Positions 37,171 through 51,483 are shown, numbered from the whole stretch's first letter. The stretch is DNA of 63,332 bases, filler included, from Octopus bimaculoides (GCF_001194135.2; 6 parts of 5 records of this genome joined end to end with filler, not necessarily neighbours in it); one strand, 5' to 3'. Translations and numbers: made by a program. The notes: generated by a model from the sequence alone, not told the origin.

Positions 37171-37884
37171 CTGCTTCGTAAAGATCGAGGTGCACTGCCG
37201 TGACACATACGTATTAGATGCACTGCCGTGACATATACATACATACATACATACATACATACATACGTACATACATACATACATATATGTATATATTTAT
37301 GTATGAGGAAAATAAGACAAGGTAGAAAATGCTAAAATAATTTTATCATGAACAATATTTTAGTACCGGTTTCAGTCATTGCGACTTTTTCAACTTAGAG
37401 TAAAGTATGAAAAGCAATTAAATTGTGGAAAAATTTTCCATAGTTTTCAAATGCAAGGGACATTTTCCTTTTATCTGCTTACCTCTGTCTCACTTTTTTT
37501 GCTCTTGTGGGTTCTAGGTAGTTAGCAGCAGNNNNNNNNNNNNNNNNNNNNNNNNNNNNNNNNNNNNNNNNNNNNNNNNNNNNNNNNNNNNNNNNNNNNN
37601 NNNNNNNNNNNNNNNNNNNNNNNNNNNNNNNNNNNNNNNNNNNNNNNNNNNNNNNNNNNNNNNNNNNNNNNNNNNNNNNNNNNNNNNNNNNNNNNNNNNN
37701 NNNNNNNNNNNNNNNNNNNNNNNNNNNNNNNNNNNNNNNNNNNNNNNNNNNNNNNNNNNNNNNNNNNNNNNNNNNNNNNNNNNNNNNNNNNNNNNNNNNN
37801 NNNNNNNNNNNNNNNNNNNNNNNNNNNNNNNNNNNNNNNNNNNNNNNNNNNNNNNNNNNNNNNNNNNNNNNNNNNNNNNNNNNN

Positions 37885-37927
<43 letters not shown>

Positions 37928-38369
37928 TAGATATATATACATATACACAAATATATACAGACATGTATGTATGTATATCTATCTATCTATATATATATAT
38001 ATAAATACGCATATACATATGTATGTATACTTGAATCTACAAACTTGGAGAAACAAATTAGAGCCATAATTTAGACGATTATAGTATATAGGACACGAAA
38101 AATTTGTAAGAATTTCAGTAACTACAAGTGAATACATGACCCTTTTATCTACAACTTTACCATTGAGTAGATGGGCGGTCAGATAGCAATTTAAATCTCC
38201 AAGCAAGAATAAAGAGAGAAATGGGTGCGTATGTCATGTATACATATATGTAGATGCAGATACTTGTTATATATACACACACACGCACGTAAGCACACAC
38301 ACANNNNNNNNNNCCCTATATCTCTCTCACACACACATACACGCGCGCGCAACACACACATATAAAAGG

Positions 38370-38620
38370 GTAAAGATCCCATCAGTCATGAATGACCATG
38401 AGATTGCACCTAAAAAGTTCCCCTCCTAGGCACTAGTGCGGGCAAGATTATCTATGAATGACCAGAAGTCACCTATCTATACCAGTGTCCTTCTCTATGC
38501 CAACGATGTTATCCAAGGAAAAGGCGAAGGCAGATACAGCTTCGCACCTGTGATGTCGCAACTCGTTTCTACAGCCCAGTGAACTGGAGCAATATGAAAT
38601 AAAATATCTTGCTTAATATA
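38370..38620 (-). mobile_element. tRNA-derived SINE family C
   Basis: Similar to the 10080-10250 copy; tail ggtcattcatgactgatgggatctttaccc. Confidence 0.7.
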
Positions 38621-38729
38621 TGTATATAGTCAATCCAAACAAGAACAAACAAGAACAAAACAGCAACGCGAGGACGTGGTACAACTACTATGTTATTGGA
38701 TGCTCATGAAAGGAAAGAAAAGAAAGAGG

Positions 38730-38764
38730 ATTTCACGTTTCGAGCGGAGCTCTTCATCAGAAAT
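38730..38764 (-). ncRNA. Minimal hammerhead ribozyme motif, probably inactive (G at cleavage position)
   Basis: ATTT CTGATGA A GAGC tcc GCTC GAAA CG T G AAAT. Confidence 0.55.
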
Positions 38765-38827
38765 ATAGAAAAAGTCCAAAGCAGGGAAGACATAGAAAGA
38801 AAAATCGCCAACGATACTCACGCGGTC

Positions 38828-38993
38828 ACATAGCGCGGCTGTGTGGTAAGAAGCTTGCTTCCCAACAACATGGTTCCGGTTTCAGTCCCACTCTGTAGCA
38901 TTTTGAGGGAGAGTCTTCTACTATAGCCTCAGACCAACTATAGCCTTGTGAATCGATTTGGTAGACGGAGACGGAAAGAAACCCGTCGTATAT
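38828..38993 (+). mobile_element. Family-B SINE 5' half
   Basis: ggctgtgtggtaagaagcttgcttcccaac...acccgtcgtatat, then a gap. Confidence 0.85.
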
Positions 38994-39765
38994 NNNNNNN
39001 NNNNNNNNNNNNNNNNNNNNNNNNNNNNNNNNNNNNNNNNNNNNNNNNNNNNNNNNNNNNNNNNNNNNNNNNNNNNNNNNNNNNNNNNNNNNNNNNNNNN
39101 NNNNNNNNNNNNNNNNNNNNNNNNNNNNNNNNNNNNNNNNNNNNNNNNNNNNNNNNNNNNNNNNNNNNNNNNNNNNNNNNNNNNNNNNNNNNNNNNNNNN
39201 NNNNNNNNNNNNNNNNNNNNNNNNNNNNNNNNNNNNNNNNNNNNNNNNNNNNNNNNNNNNNNNNNNNNNNNNNNNNNNNNNNNNNNNNNNNNNNNNNNNN
39301 NNNNNNNNNNNNNNNNNNNNNNNNNNNNNNNNNNNNNNNNNNNNNNNNNNNNNNNNNNNNNNNNNNNNNNNNNNNNNNNNNNNNNNNNNNNNNNNNNNNN
39401 NNNNNNNNNNNNNNNNNNNNNNNNNNNNNNNNNNNNNNNNNNNNNNNNNNNNNNNNNNNNNNNNNNNNNNNNNNNNNNNNNNNNNNNNNNNNNNNNNNNN
39501 NNNNNNNNNNNNNNNNNNNNNNNNNNNNNNNNNNNNNNNNNNNNNNNNNNNNNNNNNNNNNNNNNNNNNNNNNNNNNNNNNNNNNNNNNNNNNNNNNNNN
39601 NNNNNNNNNNNNNNNNNNNNNNNNTATATATATATATATATGAGAGAGAGAGGCAGGACAAAATATTTCATTTTGCAATATACTACCACGTATATTATAG
39701 GTTTACAAGTCAATATTGCGTCTTACCATGTGCTAGTAGTGCGATATGTTCTCCTTTAAGTCTAA

Positions 39766-40237
39766 CTCTATAGAATCTCTATAGAATTCAGAGGTACCAT
39801 GGGAAATTACTACATTTTGTAAAGAAATACGTCCACGTAAACGATTGATCGAAGATAGAAAAATAGGTAATGGCTGTATATGCATATTTCAAGGGTTATT
39901 GTCCTTTCATCTTCTAAACTTGTAATATATTTGGTAGAATATTAGGGTTGCAAAAGAACGGTCGTGTTCTTGCCGGCAATTGATATGTGCATACCAGTTG
40001 CCAGGAGTGTTTCTAATACGCAAATTGGTCGAACCAATTGTGTTAGACCGCTAAACTTACAGGGCATTTATGCAATATGTCCGTGGATAGTTGACGGGTT
40101 GGATGTAGTGCTGATGAAAGGACAATAACACTTGAAGTATGTATATAGGCCCATTACGTTGTTTAAATATATGTATCTGTTTACGAAACGTCGTAATTTC
40201 TTGTGCTAGCTCTAAATTCTATAGAAAATCTATAGAG
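39766..40237. repeat. Imperfect inverted repeat (arms 39766-39911 / 40113-40237) with decayed hammerhead-like core
   Basis: ctctatagaa...gaaattac...ttcaagggttattgtcctttcatc is mirrored by gatgaaaggacaataacacttgaag...gtaatttc...ctatagag. Confidence 0.7.
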
Positions 40238-40390
40238 ATAAGCTTAAAAGTGAACACACACACACACGCACTGCGACATACATTACAATAAAGTTGTATG
40301 CGTAGGATTTCACTTGGGGTGTATTTTTAAACAGAAGTTGAACGTAAGTTTATTATACATGCATACACATTGTCATATATATATATAAAC

Positions 40391-40827
40391 TGAAGTGGCT
40401 ACAGCTATAGGCGTACTTCTCATCGAACACAAGGTCATAGTCTACTTGAGTGCTTCTATAGTGTTTTTTTTCTTTTAGTACCAGATAGAATAACTAAGAA
40501 TATATATAAAGACTTACAGAATAGTTTGGGGAATAATGTAGCTACTTCAGCAATGTTCTGGTTGGCTGACAGTTGATTTGGGCAAGATAATATACTAGTT
40601 ATTTGGAAGATGGAAAATGAATATGAAATGCTTCATTAGAGATACGTAAGGAAATCATCAAGCTGAGAGCAAAGAACTTATTCCAGTAAGTATTGAGCAA
40701 AATAGTTGCAGCCTAAATTGAAGTGGCTACAGCTATAGGCGTACTTCTCAGCGAGTACAAGGTCATAGTCTATCTGAGTGCTTCTATAGTTTTTGTCTTT
40801 TAGCACCAGATAAAATAACTAAGAATA
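40391..40827. repeat. ~110 bp direct duplication (40391-40503 and 40719-40827)
   Basis: tgaagtggctacagctataggcgtacttctc...aactaagaatat occurs twice with few differences. Confidence 0.9.
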
Positions 40828-41594
40828 TTGCATTCCCCGAAGAACTGCTTTAGACATTGGCAAAAAGTTACTCGCTTTAAACATTCTTTTAAGCGTAAGT
40901 TATGTGAATTAGAAGAATATTGTTTTCAAAGAATAATGCTTTTCTGGAAAATATATTTTAAAAATGGAAGAGAAATTTTATAATATTTTCCTTATAAACT
41001 TGTTCGTCTATTTTGTGTATTTTTATGAAGCTCAACTTCATAAAAGAACTACATTAGGGAACGCCTTTATTTAACAATTCTGAGTGAATCAACATAACTG
41101 GATCAACCGAATATTTCGAAAATCTTTTTAAGACAAGTTATTCAAAATATAGTGAATTTGTATGGTTGTATTTATTTTAGTTCTGAAAAAACTCGGAAAA
41201 TGCTGGGTACTACTACTACTACTACTACATATTAATATAGATGTGTGTGCGTGTCTGCAGAACTGAATTTGTTTGTCAATGCTTGCAACACTGCAGTGAA
41301 CTCAACTTGATTAATGGCGGTATAGATTATTATTTAGACCTGGAAACCTTGGGTAGCTGCATTTACAAGATTTATGTTTTTTTATTAAAAGATTATCTTT
41401 ACTCTCCTAGCAGCTCGAATGCTTTGCTACTTATTGAAGCATTATCATATAATNNNNNNNNNNNNNNNNNNNNNNNNNNNNNNNNNNNNNNNNNNNNTTA
41501 ATTAATTAANNNNNNNNNNNNNNNNNNNNNNNNNNNNNNNNNNNNNNNNNNNNATCATTTACCCTTTCTCTGTCCCCACCATTTCCCTTGAAAT

Positions 41595-41903
41595 TAGTGG
41601 TTCTCAACCGGGCTCCACATGACCCTTGGAGGTCCACATGACCTTTAGGAGTCTCTGTAAGATTTAGTCGTTAATATTCATATACAATAAATTGGTTATA
41701 CTTCTACGAGATATTTTAACAATTTTTTAATAAAATTCCTAACGATATTTAATTATAAAAATATAATGGATTGTTTTAACACCAAATGTATATAGGGGTA
41801 ACACCAAATGTGTATAGGGGTAACACCAAATATGTATAGGGGTACAGTAGGATAAAACAAGAATCAAAGGAGTCCAGAAGCAAAAAGCGGTTGAAAACCA
41901 CAG
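41595..41903. mobile_element. hAT-type MITE with internal 22 bp x3 tandem repeat
   Basis: TIRs tagtggttctcaaccg / cggttgaaaaccacag; aacaccaaat..gtataggggt x3 at 41778-41843. Confidence 0.75.
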
Positions 41904-42619
41904 CACTAAATTAACCAAATGACCAAGTAGTGAGACTAAACGGGTGACAGATTAATTCTAACATTCAGGAACATGAATTGTCTCTTCCATCAGCTTCCTA
42001 CACAAATTCCTTTTTCCATATTTCAGTCTCAGTGGTTTGGTCAGACACCTGCACAAGTTACCACGCAGTGGAACCGAACTCAAAACAATACTGTTGCAAA
42101 GCAAATCCGTTAATATAAGAGCCATGCCTGTACTGCAGTTTAACCTGCTATATAGTGCCATTCGTTTAGAGCGGAGGACAAAATTCTTTGCCATATATTA
42201 TATTCATTTAATTTCTGTTTCCCCCCACCCTTTCTTTTCACTCTGAGTTATGGCGTATGGCTTAGTGGTTAAGGTGTTGCACACACGATTGTCAGATCGT
42301 AGTTTCGATACCTGGAATGGACGATCCGATATGTCTCGTCCCTTCAGTGGTAAAATTAGTTGCGGTAATAGTTGGGCAGTTAACCCCGCGACAGACCGTT
42401 CAAGTGGAGAGGGAGCGGTGTAACCTCAATCGCGGAAACCGGATTAAGCTCCGGCTTTATGACTCCTAGAGCCCGCGACAGACTTAAACCTTAATCCCAA
42501 AGTTTAAATCTCATTGGCGTCACCTTGGTCCTTATTTTTTTTTTCTTTTCAGAGATGATAAAGATTACGTTCTGGTCGACGTTGTTACATCGTCAGGCAC
42601 CGATCGCTTTATTCCAGCC

Positions 42620-42662
<43 letters not shown>

Positions 42663-43589
42663 AGTTATTTAACCCGTTATCCAGTTATCTTGCCTGACTT
42701 CAGTAAAATTCACTCTGTCATAAGGATTCGGCCTCGGATTTTGATTAAAGCCGCGGGTCCCTGTATGATTCTGTTGTTAAAAATGTATCTGCAATAAATT
42801 GGTTATACTGCTACAATGCACAAAATATTATAGCAATTTTTTTTTTTTTCATACAATTCCCAGTAACATTTAATTCGGATTTTTATAACATNNNNNNNNN
42901 NNNNNNNNNNNNNNNNNNNNNNNNNNNNNNNNNNNNNNNNNNNNNNNNNNNNNNNNNNNNNNNNNNNNNNNNNNNNNNNNNNNNNNNNNNNNNNNNNNNN
43001 NNNNNNNNNNNNNNNNNNNNNNNNNNNNNNNNNNNNNNNNNNNNNNNNNNNNNNNNNNNNNNNNNNNNNNNNNNNNNNNNNNNNNNNNNNNNNNNNNNNN
43101 NNNNNNNNNNNNNNNNNNNNNNNNNNNNNNNNNNNNNNNNNNNNNNNNNNNNNNNNNNNNNNNNNNNNNNNNNNNNNNNNNNNNNNNNNNNNNNNNNNNN
43201 NNNNNNNNNNNNNNNNNNNNNNNNNNNNNNNNNNNNNNNNNNNNNNNNNNNNNNNNNNNNNNNNNNNNNNNNNNNNNNNNNNNNNNNNNNNNNNNNNNNN
43301 NNNNNNNNNNNNNNNNNNNNNNNNNNNNNNNNNNNNNNNNNNNNNNNNNNNNNNNNNNNNNNNNNNNNNNNNNNNNNNNNNNNNNNNNNNNNNNNNNNNN
43401 NNNNNNNNNNNNNNNNNNNNNNNNNNNNNNNNNNNNNNNNNNNNNNNNNNNNNNNNNNNNNNNNNNNNNNNNNNNNNNNNNNNTATACACACATATCCAT
43501 ACACACACACAAAATGTATCTGCACACGTGCATATATACATACATATATATATATATATATATACATATATACATATATATTCATATAT

Positions 43590-43695
<106 letters not shown>

Positions 43696-43856
43696 TCTTT
43701 TACTTGGAGCACCGCCTTAAAGGATTTTTGGTCGAAGAAATCGACCCCAGGACTTATTCTTTGCAAGCCTAGTTCTTATTCTATCGTTGTCTTTTGCCGA
43801 ACTGCTAAGCTACAGGGATGTAAACACACAGTATCGGTTATCAAGCGATTGTAGGG

Positions 43857-43896
<40 letters not shown>

Positions 43897-45641
43897 ACTT
43901 TACTTCACACATCAGAACATTTGAATAACTTAAAGCATTTAGCTGAAATAAAGGGCCGAAATCTAAGAAGATAATACGAACGAGATGCTCCCTATTACCT
44001 TTTTTTGTCATATTTTGTATATTTTTTTTATTATTTTCGTTATTATTTTGCCTTGGTTTTGTAAAAGAATTCCATGTTTTGTTATTTTGTAATAAGAATC
44101 CGAGACTACTTCCAGCAATGACCACCCCTACCAACTAAAGTTGCTCCACCACCGCTCCGTTCTCACCTATCAGACCATGTCTCCTGCCCATCTCCTCTTC
44201 CATTCTCCATTCGATCAGAGTAAATATCGATCGATTAGGCGAAATAATGCACGAGAGTCTCCACACACGAAAGACATTAAAGCAGTCACTTGACATGCTA
44301 GAAATAACAGCCAACACTTCTTTAAACTCACAACCCTTGCATTAGTAAGGAAAATCGGAAGAACACATTCGATACACTTGTCCTAAATACTCCCAAAACG
44401 ACATGATGGCCAACACTGGAATGTCTCCGATCATAAGACTGTTTCATAACAGCCGGCCTAGGGTTAAAAAGAACAACACAGCAAAATACTTCAGTACCGT
44501 GATCATTCGGGGTCCCCAGTGAGTTGTTGATTGCGTGGACTATGTGGGGTATATATGATAATGTACTCCTTGGTATTCTTATAAAGGGAGCTAGCCACGG
44601 ATGGAACGCCTATGCTGATCACATCGTCCGACCAAAGCAGACCTCAGGTTAACCCACTCCAAGCAGTGAGAACGACTTGTTTTCGTTTTTATTTTGTCAT
44701 TCTTAGGAATGCGGCCATGCTGGAGTGCAGCCTTCAAGTGCTTTCACCGATCGTATTGAATATCGAAACCAGTATTGATTTTGCTATTGGTTTTATTTAT
44801 CTCAATCGAAGGATTAATTTACTTTTTCACTTGATGATACACAACTCGAGTGATACAGACACACGCGCACACATACACACGCACACACACACACACACAC
44901 ACACATACACACACACTTACATACACGAACATATATATATATATATACGCATACATAAGCATACATACGCACATACATACAAACATATATACATACATGC
45001 ATACATGCATACAAACATACGCACATACATGCATACAAAACATGCATATGTGCCTACATACATACATACATGCATACATACATACATACATGCATGCATA
45101 CATACATACATACATACATACATACGCATATATATATATNNNNNNNNNNNNNNNNNNNNNNNNNNNNNNNNNNNNNNNNNNNNNNNNNNNNNNNNNNNNN
45201 NNNNNNNNNNNNNNNNNNNNNNNNNNNNNNNNNNNNNNNNNNNNNNNNNNNNNNNNNNNNNNNNNNNNNNNNNNNNNNNNNNNNNNNNNNNNNNNNNNNN
45301 NNNNNNNNNNNNNNNNNNNNNNNNNNNNNNNNNNNNNNNNNNNNNNNNNNNNNNNNNNNNNNNNNNNNNNNNNNNNNNNNNNNNNNNNNNNNNNNNNNNN
45401 NNNNNNNNNNNNNNNNNNNNNNNNNNNNNNNNNNNNNNNNNNNNNNNNNNNNNNNNNNNNNNNNNNNNNNNNNNNNNNNNNNNNNNNNNNNNNNNNNNNN
45501 NNNNNNNNNNNNNNNNNNNNNNNNNNNNNNNNNNNNNNNNNNNNNNNNNNNNNNNNNNNNNNNNNNNNNNNNNNNNNNNNNNNNNNNNNNNNNNNNNNNN
45601 NNNNNNNNNNNNNNNNNNNNNNNNNNNNNNNNNNNNNNNNN

Positions 45642-45729
<88 letters not shown>

Positions 45730-45739
45730 ATCTATCCTT

Positions 45740-46120
45740 AACTTGTTTCAGCCACTGCATTGCGGTCATGCTGGGGCACCGCCTTGAAGCGGATTCAGTC
45801 GAACAAATCGACCCAATTACTGACATTTTATTTTCCTAAGTTTGGTATTTAGTCTATCTGTCTCTATGCCTGACCGCTAAGTTACGAGAATGTAAACAAA
45901 CCAATACCGGTTGTCAAGCGGCAGACGGAGGGTTAAGACACGAACGAACATACATCACATACACACACACGCGACGTCTTCTTTCAGTTTCTGTCTACTG
46001 AATCCATTCACAAGGTTCGGCCCGGAGTTACAATAGAAAAAAATCCGTCCAATGTGCCACGCAGTGAAACTGAATCCAAGACTACATGAGTGGGAAGCAA
46101 ACTTCTTAACCTCGCATTCA
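45740..46120 (-). mobile_element. Family-B SINE, near full length
   Basis: Tail, body and head all present in reverse orientation. Further tails at ~6641, 43700, 50820, 54590, 60750, 62420, 62995. Confidence 0.8.
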
Positions 46121-47243
46121 CGCCTTCATACATACATACATACATACATACAGACAGACAGACAGACAGACAGACAGATAGATAGATAGATAGATAGATT
46201 TGGTGCGTACTACAAGCTAGAAAAAACAGAACTAAAATTTGGAGTATATATTATTAAGCACCAATGCACGAAACTCTCGACCTTGTATTATTCTGTAACT
46301 TTTGCCGATTCTAAATAATAATAATGATAATAATAATAATAATAATAATATATACACAAACACACTAACGTGTGCAGAAAGGGCTTCTGTAAGTATCCGG
46401 CGATCGCTTTACGCTCATAAAGCAGTTACCCACACTGAAGACTAGAAATGTAGAAAGCAAAGGAATCGAACATGTGCTGATGAAAATGAACTTTTTAACC
46501 ACTCGACTGTGGTTGGACGTATAAACGACAAAGCGCAAATATATATGTTTTAAAAGTCAATATCAAACGATGTACCCTTTATTTTTGAGATTTAAAAGTG
46601 AATATACGACAGTGTGTTGGTGGTTACTGAGTTTTAAAAGTGAGTATTAAACGATTTACTCCTTGTTACAGGGTTTGAAAGGTGGGGAGTAACGCCGTTT
46701 TTGTTACGGCAGTTTTATATTTGGTACATTGCGTTATTTTTAAAGTTATTTCATTTTATTTTATTGTATATTTTTCATCAGCCTGTTTCTTGAAGAAACG
46801 ACGGTGGACAAGAATGAATGACCGTTTCATACGGCAGGAAACGAAATTTAAATGGTTAAAAAAATTTAGGTGCAGAATCAAAAGCTTTCTGATTTTAAAA
46901 TATGTTTCTTTGTCAAGAGATTTAACACGCACCTGTTTTCTTTTTGGGGAGAAATAAAAAGGATACTGTTGTTGTTGTAGTTATTGTCATGTTTATATAA
47001 ATATTTGTACATGTGCAGAGGTAAGTGTAATTTGTTTTCTATGTATGTCTGTGCATATGTATGTGTGTATATATTGTATGTACGTATGCATCTGTGTTTG
47101 TAAATGCATGCCTGTGTATAGTTATGCACGTGCTTGTAAGCGTGTGTGTATGTATATACATACATGTATGCATGCGAGTGGGTATGCACACACACCAGCA
47201 TACATATATATGTGCATACACACACACACGTGTGTGTACGTGT

Positions 47244-47291
<48 letters not shown>

Positions 47292-47383
47292 TAGGGCTTG
47301 TATCTATGTACTTTGTGTATGATGTATATGTATCTTTGTGCATGTAAGCATTATATATATGTGTGTGTGTGTGCATATAAGCG

Positions 47384-47416
<33 letters not shown>

Positions 47417-47746
47417 AGATATATATATAAGTGTATATGTGTGTGTATGCATGTGTGTATACAAACACACTCATACATGCATCATGTATATCAGTATGTA
47501 TATTCTCTTTTTATTTCCTTTTTACAAGTGTTTCTCAGCAAACAACTGTAAAAAATGTATTTAAGAAAGTCACCTGAACAACTTATTGAAACATTGTTTT
47601 CGAAAATGTTTGTGTTTGACTTTTTCTCTTTCTACCCACTCACTCATTCATTCATTTATCTATCCATGTCAGATAAAGCTCATAGCATGAAAGAACAAAT
47701 TAAGAAGAGAGCAAAGAAGAAGATAGAGAAGAAGAATAAAAAAAGA

Positions 47747-47784
<38 letters not shown>

Positions 47785-48502
47785 TGATGATGATAGTAGT
47801 AATAATAATTTCTTCTATAGACACAAAGCCTGAAGTTTTGGAGAAGGAGTGATGCTACAAGAATACAATGATGCCAGTTTTCAACTAGTAATCATTTCAT
47901 CAACCCCAAAAGAAATGAAAGACAAAGTTCACCTCAGCGGAATTTGAACTCAGAATGTAAAGTTGGGTAAAATGCCGCTAAGCATTTTGTCCAGCATGCC
48001 AAAGATTCTGACAACTCAGTCTTTATAAATAATAATGATGATGATGAATGAAGACAACATAGAAGATGAAGAAGAAGAAGAAGAACAAGAAGAGGGCACA
48101 TGTAAAAATGAGAAAGAAAGAAGATTGAAAGAAAAATACGAAGGAGAACATGAACGACAGAATAATGAGAAAGACAGAACAGAAAAAACCTTAAAATTCC
48201 TTCTTACTGTTCTTAGTAAAATCCTGTCCAATGTTGTGTTGTTGAACCGAGAAGTGTATCCTGCTATAGAATTGTACAGTCAATGCTGGCTGCTGTTGTG
48301 TGCTGCTAGTATTATATATTGTATGTCGGCTTGCTCGATGTGTTGTTCTTGTGTGTGGGAGAGAGAGACTGAGATGAGATAGAGAGGGAGGGAGTTAGCA
48401 TCAGATGGAAAAAGACCGAAAGAGCGAAGGATGGCGAGACAGAAAGAGAGAGAGAAGCATGGTGGTGGTGGTGGTGGTTGTGGTGGAGATCAGATATGTG
48501 TG

Positions 48503-48534
<32 letters not shown>

Positions 48535-48799
48535 GTTGAATGAGAAAGAAAAGGAGACGACAGTCTGCAGTCATAGTTAGTACAGTGTGTGTGTGCTTGT
48601 GACTGCATATGAGTATATATGCATGCATGCATGTGTGTGTGTGAGTGTGTGCATGTGTGTGGTTCTCTCTATGTATGATATATTTGCTACATTCAGTGAC
48701 AGACTATTCACGGTTCCCATGGAAGGAAGAAAACATACATACACGTGCTCTTTCTTCCTATCCTCTCTCTCTTTCTCTATCTTCTCTCACACACATGTA

Positions 48800-48832
<33 letters not shown>

Positions 48833-49013
48833 ACACATGCATACATGTTCATGGAAGCCCAGAGCTTTTTAACACCGATTGATGACATAAGCAGAATCAA
48901 ACCTTACAACACATTGATTGATTTAATAAATCTCATGCACACAAACATACCTGTATATGCACATCTATTAATATATATATATATTTAGGTATATATATAT
49001 ATGTGTATATATA

Positions 49014-49116
49014 CAGGGTGTCCACAAAGTCTGGGTACATGGGGATTAACACATACTTTAAGAAATTATTATTTCTCACATTTAATTGTTTATGTTATGA
49101 TTTTATTTACTCCATG
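49014..49116. mobile_element. Tc1/mariner MITE truncated by gap
   Basis: TA + cagggtgtccacaaagtctgggtacatgg; the start of the matching right TIR (ccatg) abuts the gap. Confidence 0.65.
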
Positions 49117-50351
49117 NNNNNNNNNNNNNNNNNNNNNNNNNNNNNNNNNNNNNNNNNNNNTTAATTAATTAANNNNNNNNNNNNNNNNNNNNNNNNNNNN
49201 NNNNNNNNNNNNNNNNATACATATACGTAGTTTATAGAGTAGATGTTTCAGTCAGGAGGAAGGAGCAATGTCCGTGACCTTCACAAATTCTCCGAGACTT
49301 ATGACATCGATAAAGTCGATTTCCGAAAAAAAAAGAGGTCGGGAAGGAAATACAATAACGCTAACGTGTGAGGGAGGATGGCTTGGATGAAGTGTTTACT
49401 GCAAGTTCATGGGAGGGGACACAAATATGGTTGACGAAAGGAGAGACGGATGTGTCATGTAAGATTATATGCAGATCGTAAATAACTATATAGGACCAAA
49501 CTTCGTTTTTTGTATTTTTCATGTTAAAATGTATTGTTTGGTTCGTAAATTCGAGCATTGCACTTTGGCAAGAATATTTGTTAATCAGTATTATATTTGG
49601 ATTATATGCTTACTGTTTGATGGACTTACGGGCTCGTATAACCATAGAAAATTAACGTATATTAAGAATGAAGACATCTTCGAATTTACAACAGTTTAAA
49701 TATTGGTTTCAAATTTTGGCACAAGGTCAGCAAATTCGGGGGACGGAATATGTCGATTACAGCGACCTCAATGCTCATCTGGTACTGATTTTATCGATAT
49801 CAAATGTTAAAAGGCAAAGTCGACCTATTTTAGCGGCATTTGGAACTCAGAACGTGAAGACGGGCGAAATGCCGTTCAGCATTTGTACGGCGTGCTAACG
49901 ATTCTACCGGATTACCGCCTTAGACATTTTAAATATTGGCTTCAAATTTTGATACAAAACCAGTAATCGTGGGGGAGGCTGAAAGTTGCTCACATTGACC
50001 CCAGTGCTCAACTGGTATTTATTTTATCGAACACGAAGAATGGAGAGCTAAGTCGACATCGGCAACATTTAAACTCAGAACGTAAAGACGGACGAAATAA
50101 TGCTAAGCACTTTGCTCCGCGTGCTAACGATCCTGCCAGCGCGCCGCCTTAATATTAAGTTGTCGATATAGAAGCAGGCGTGGTTGTATGGTATGAAGCT
50201 TGCTTCCCAGCTATGTGGTCTTGGACTCAGTTCTACTGGGTGGCACTTTGAGTACATGTCTTCGACTATAGCTCCTAATCGACAAAGAATTTCTGAGTGA
50301 ATTTGCATGTATGTATGTATGGATAGATGGATGGATGGATGTATGTACGTA

Positions 50352-50788
50352 CAATGGGCGCTCAAAAAGTATCGGTCTATTTTTTCCCGCCAAAACTAAT
50401 GCCAGGTGGACAAAATACTTTCAGTGGGAAGTGACTCCACCCTTCCTGCACAGCAGAAGCAAGTTCGCATAGATATCGCTCAGGACATGCTTGACTGTGC
50501 AAGCCACGATCCATACTTCATGTAAACCATCATTATTGCGATGAGACATGGTTTTATCGACTCTGCTCGATGCGTTCGATCATCTTCCTGTAAACGAAAC
50601 TCCAACGAGCTCGCACCACATGTCTGTACTCTAGGCGAAACAACCGAGAACTGGTGTGGCCTACCGGCGCTAAGATGTTCACTAATGCGTAGAATGGATG
50701 GCATCACTTCTCACTCAAAGGATTTTCCCCACGTGGCATTAGCTTTGGCGAGAAAAAATGAAGTTCGATACTTTTTGAACGCACCGTG
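50352..50788. mobile_element. Mariner-derived MITE with long imperfect TIRs and TA target duplication
   Basis: TA|caatgggcgctcaaaaagtatcg ... cgatactttttgaacgcaccgtg|TA; inverted similarity extends ~90 bp inward. Confidence 0.85.
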
Positions 50789-51125
50789 TATATATATGTG
50801 TGTCTATGTGTTGTGTTTGGCCCCAACACTATTTCACAACAGCAGTTGGTTTGTTTAAGTTTCCGTAACTTAGCTTTTCTGCGGTAAAAAAAAAACATAG
50901 AATAAGCGCCAGGCTTTAAAATATTTAAGTACTGAGGTCGATTTTCTTTACTAAGTCCTCCAAGGCGGTGCTGCAGTATGGCAGCAGGTCCAATGACTGA
51001 AACAAATAAAAATTAAACGATTGGCTAATTTCATTGATATGATTATGCATTTTGATAATTCTAATACGCACCTAACTTGTTTGAGCTTGTTATACTAATG
51101 CCATTTACGTCAATTTTCTTTCTAG

Positions 51126-51150
51126 TGTACTGTATCCACAGAGCCGTGAG
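51126..51150 (+). other. Candidate 25 nt micro-exon
   Basis: ctaac/actaat branch-like motifs, caattttctttctAG|tgtactgtatccacagagccgtgag|GTAAGA. Confidence 0.3.
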
Positions 51151-51451
51151 GTAAGAATTAGCGGGCCACAATACAAACGCTCTGTTCTAGACCCTTTCAT
51201 CAAGCCGATCCCTAGAGAAATGAGGAAGTATTGGGCATGATACATGAAAGGTGATTTATTTGACTCCAAAGGGAAGAAAGAAAAAGTTGGTATCAGCGGA
51301 TTTGGAACTCATAATGCAGAGAGTCGGAATAAATGTCGCAAGGCATTCTATCGGACGCTCTATCGATTCTGATATTTTGCCGCCTGAGTCTTTAGTCAAT
51401 TATTTCTTAGGGTGTATATGAGTCTGTGTGTGTGTGTGCGCGCGCGCATGC

Positions 51452-51483
<32 letters not shown>

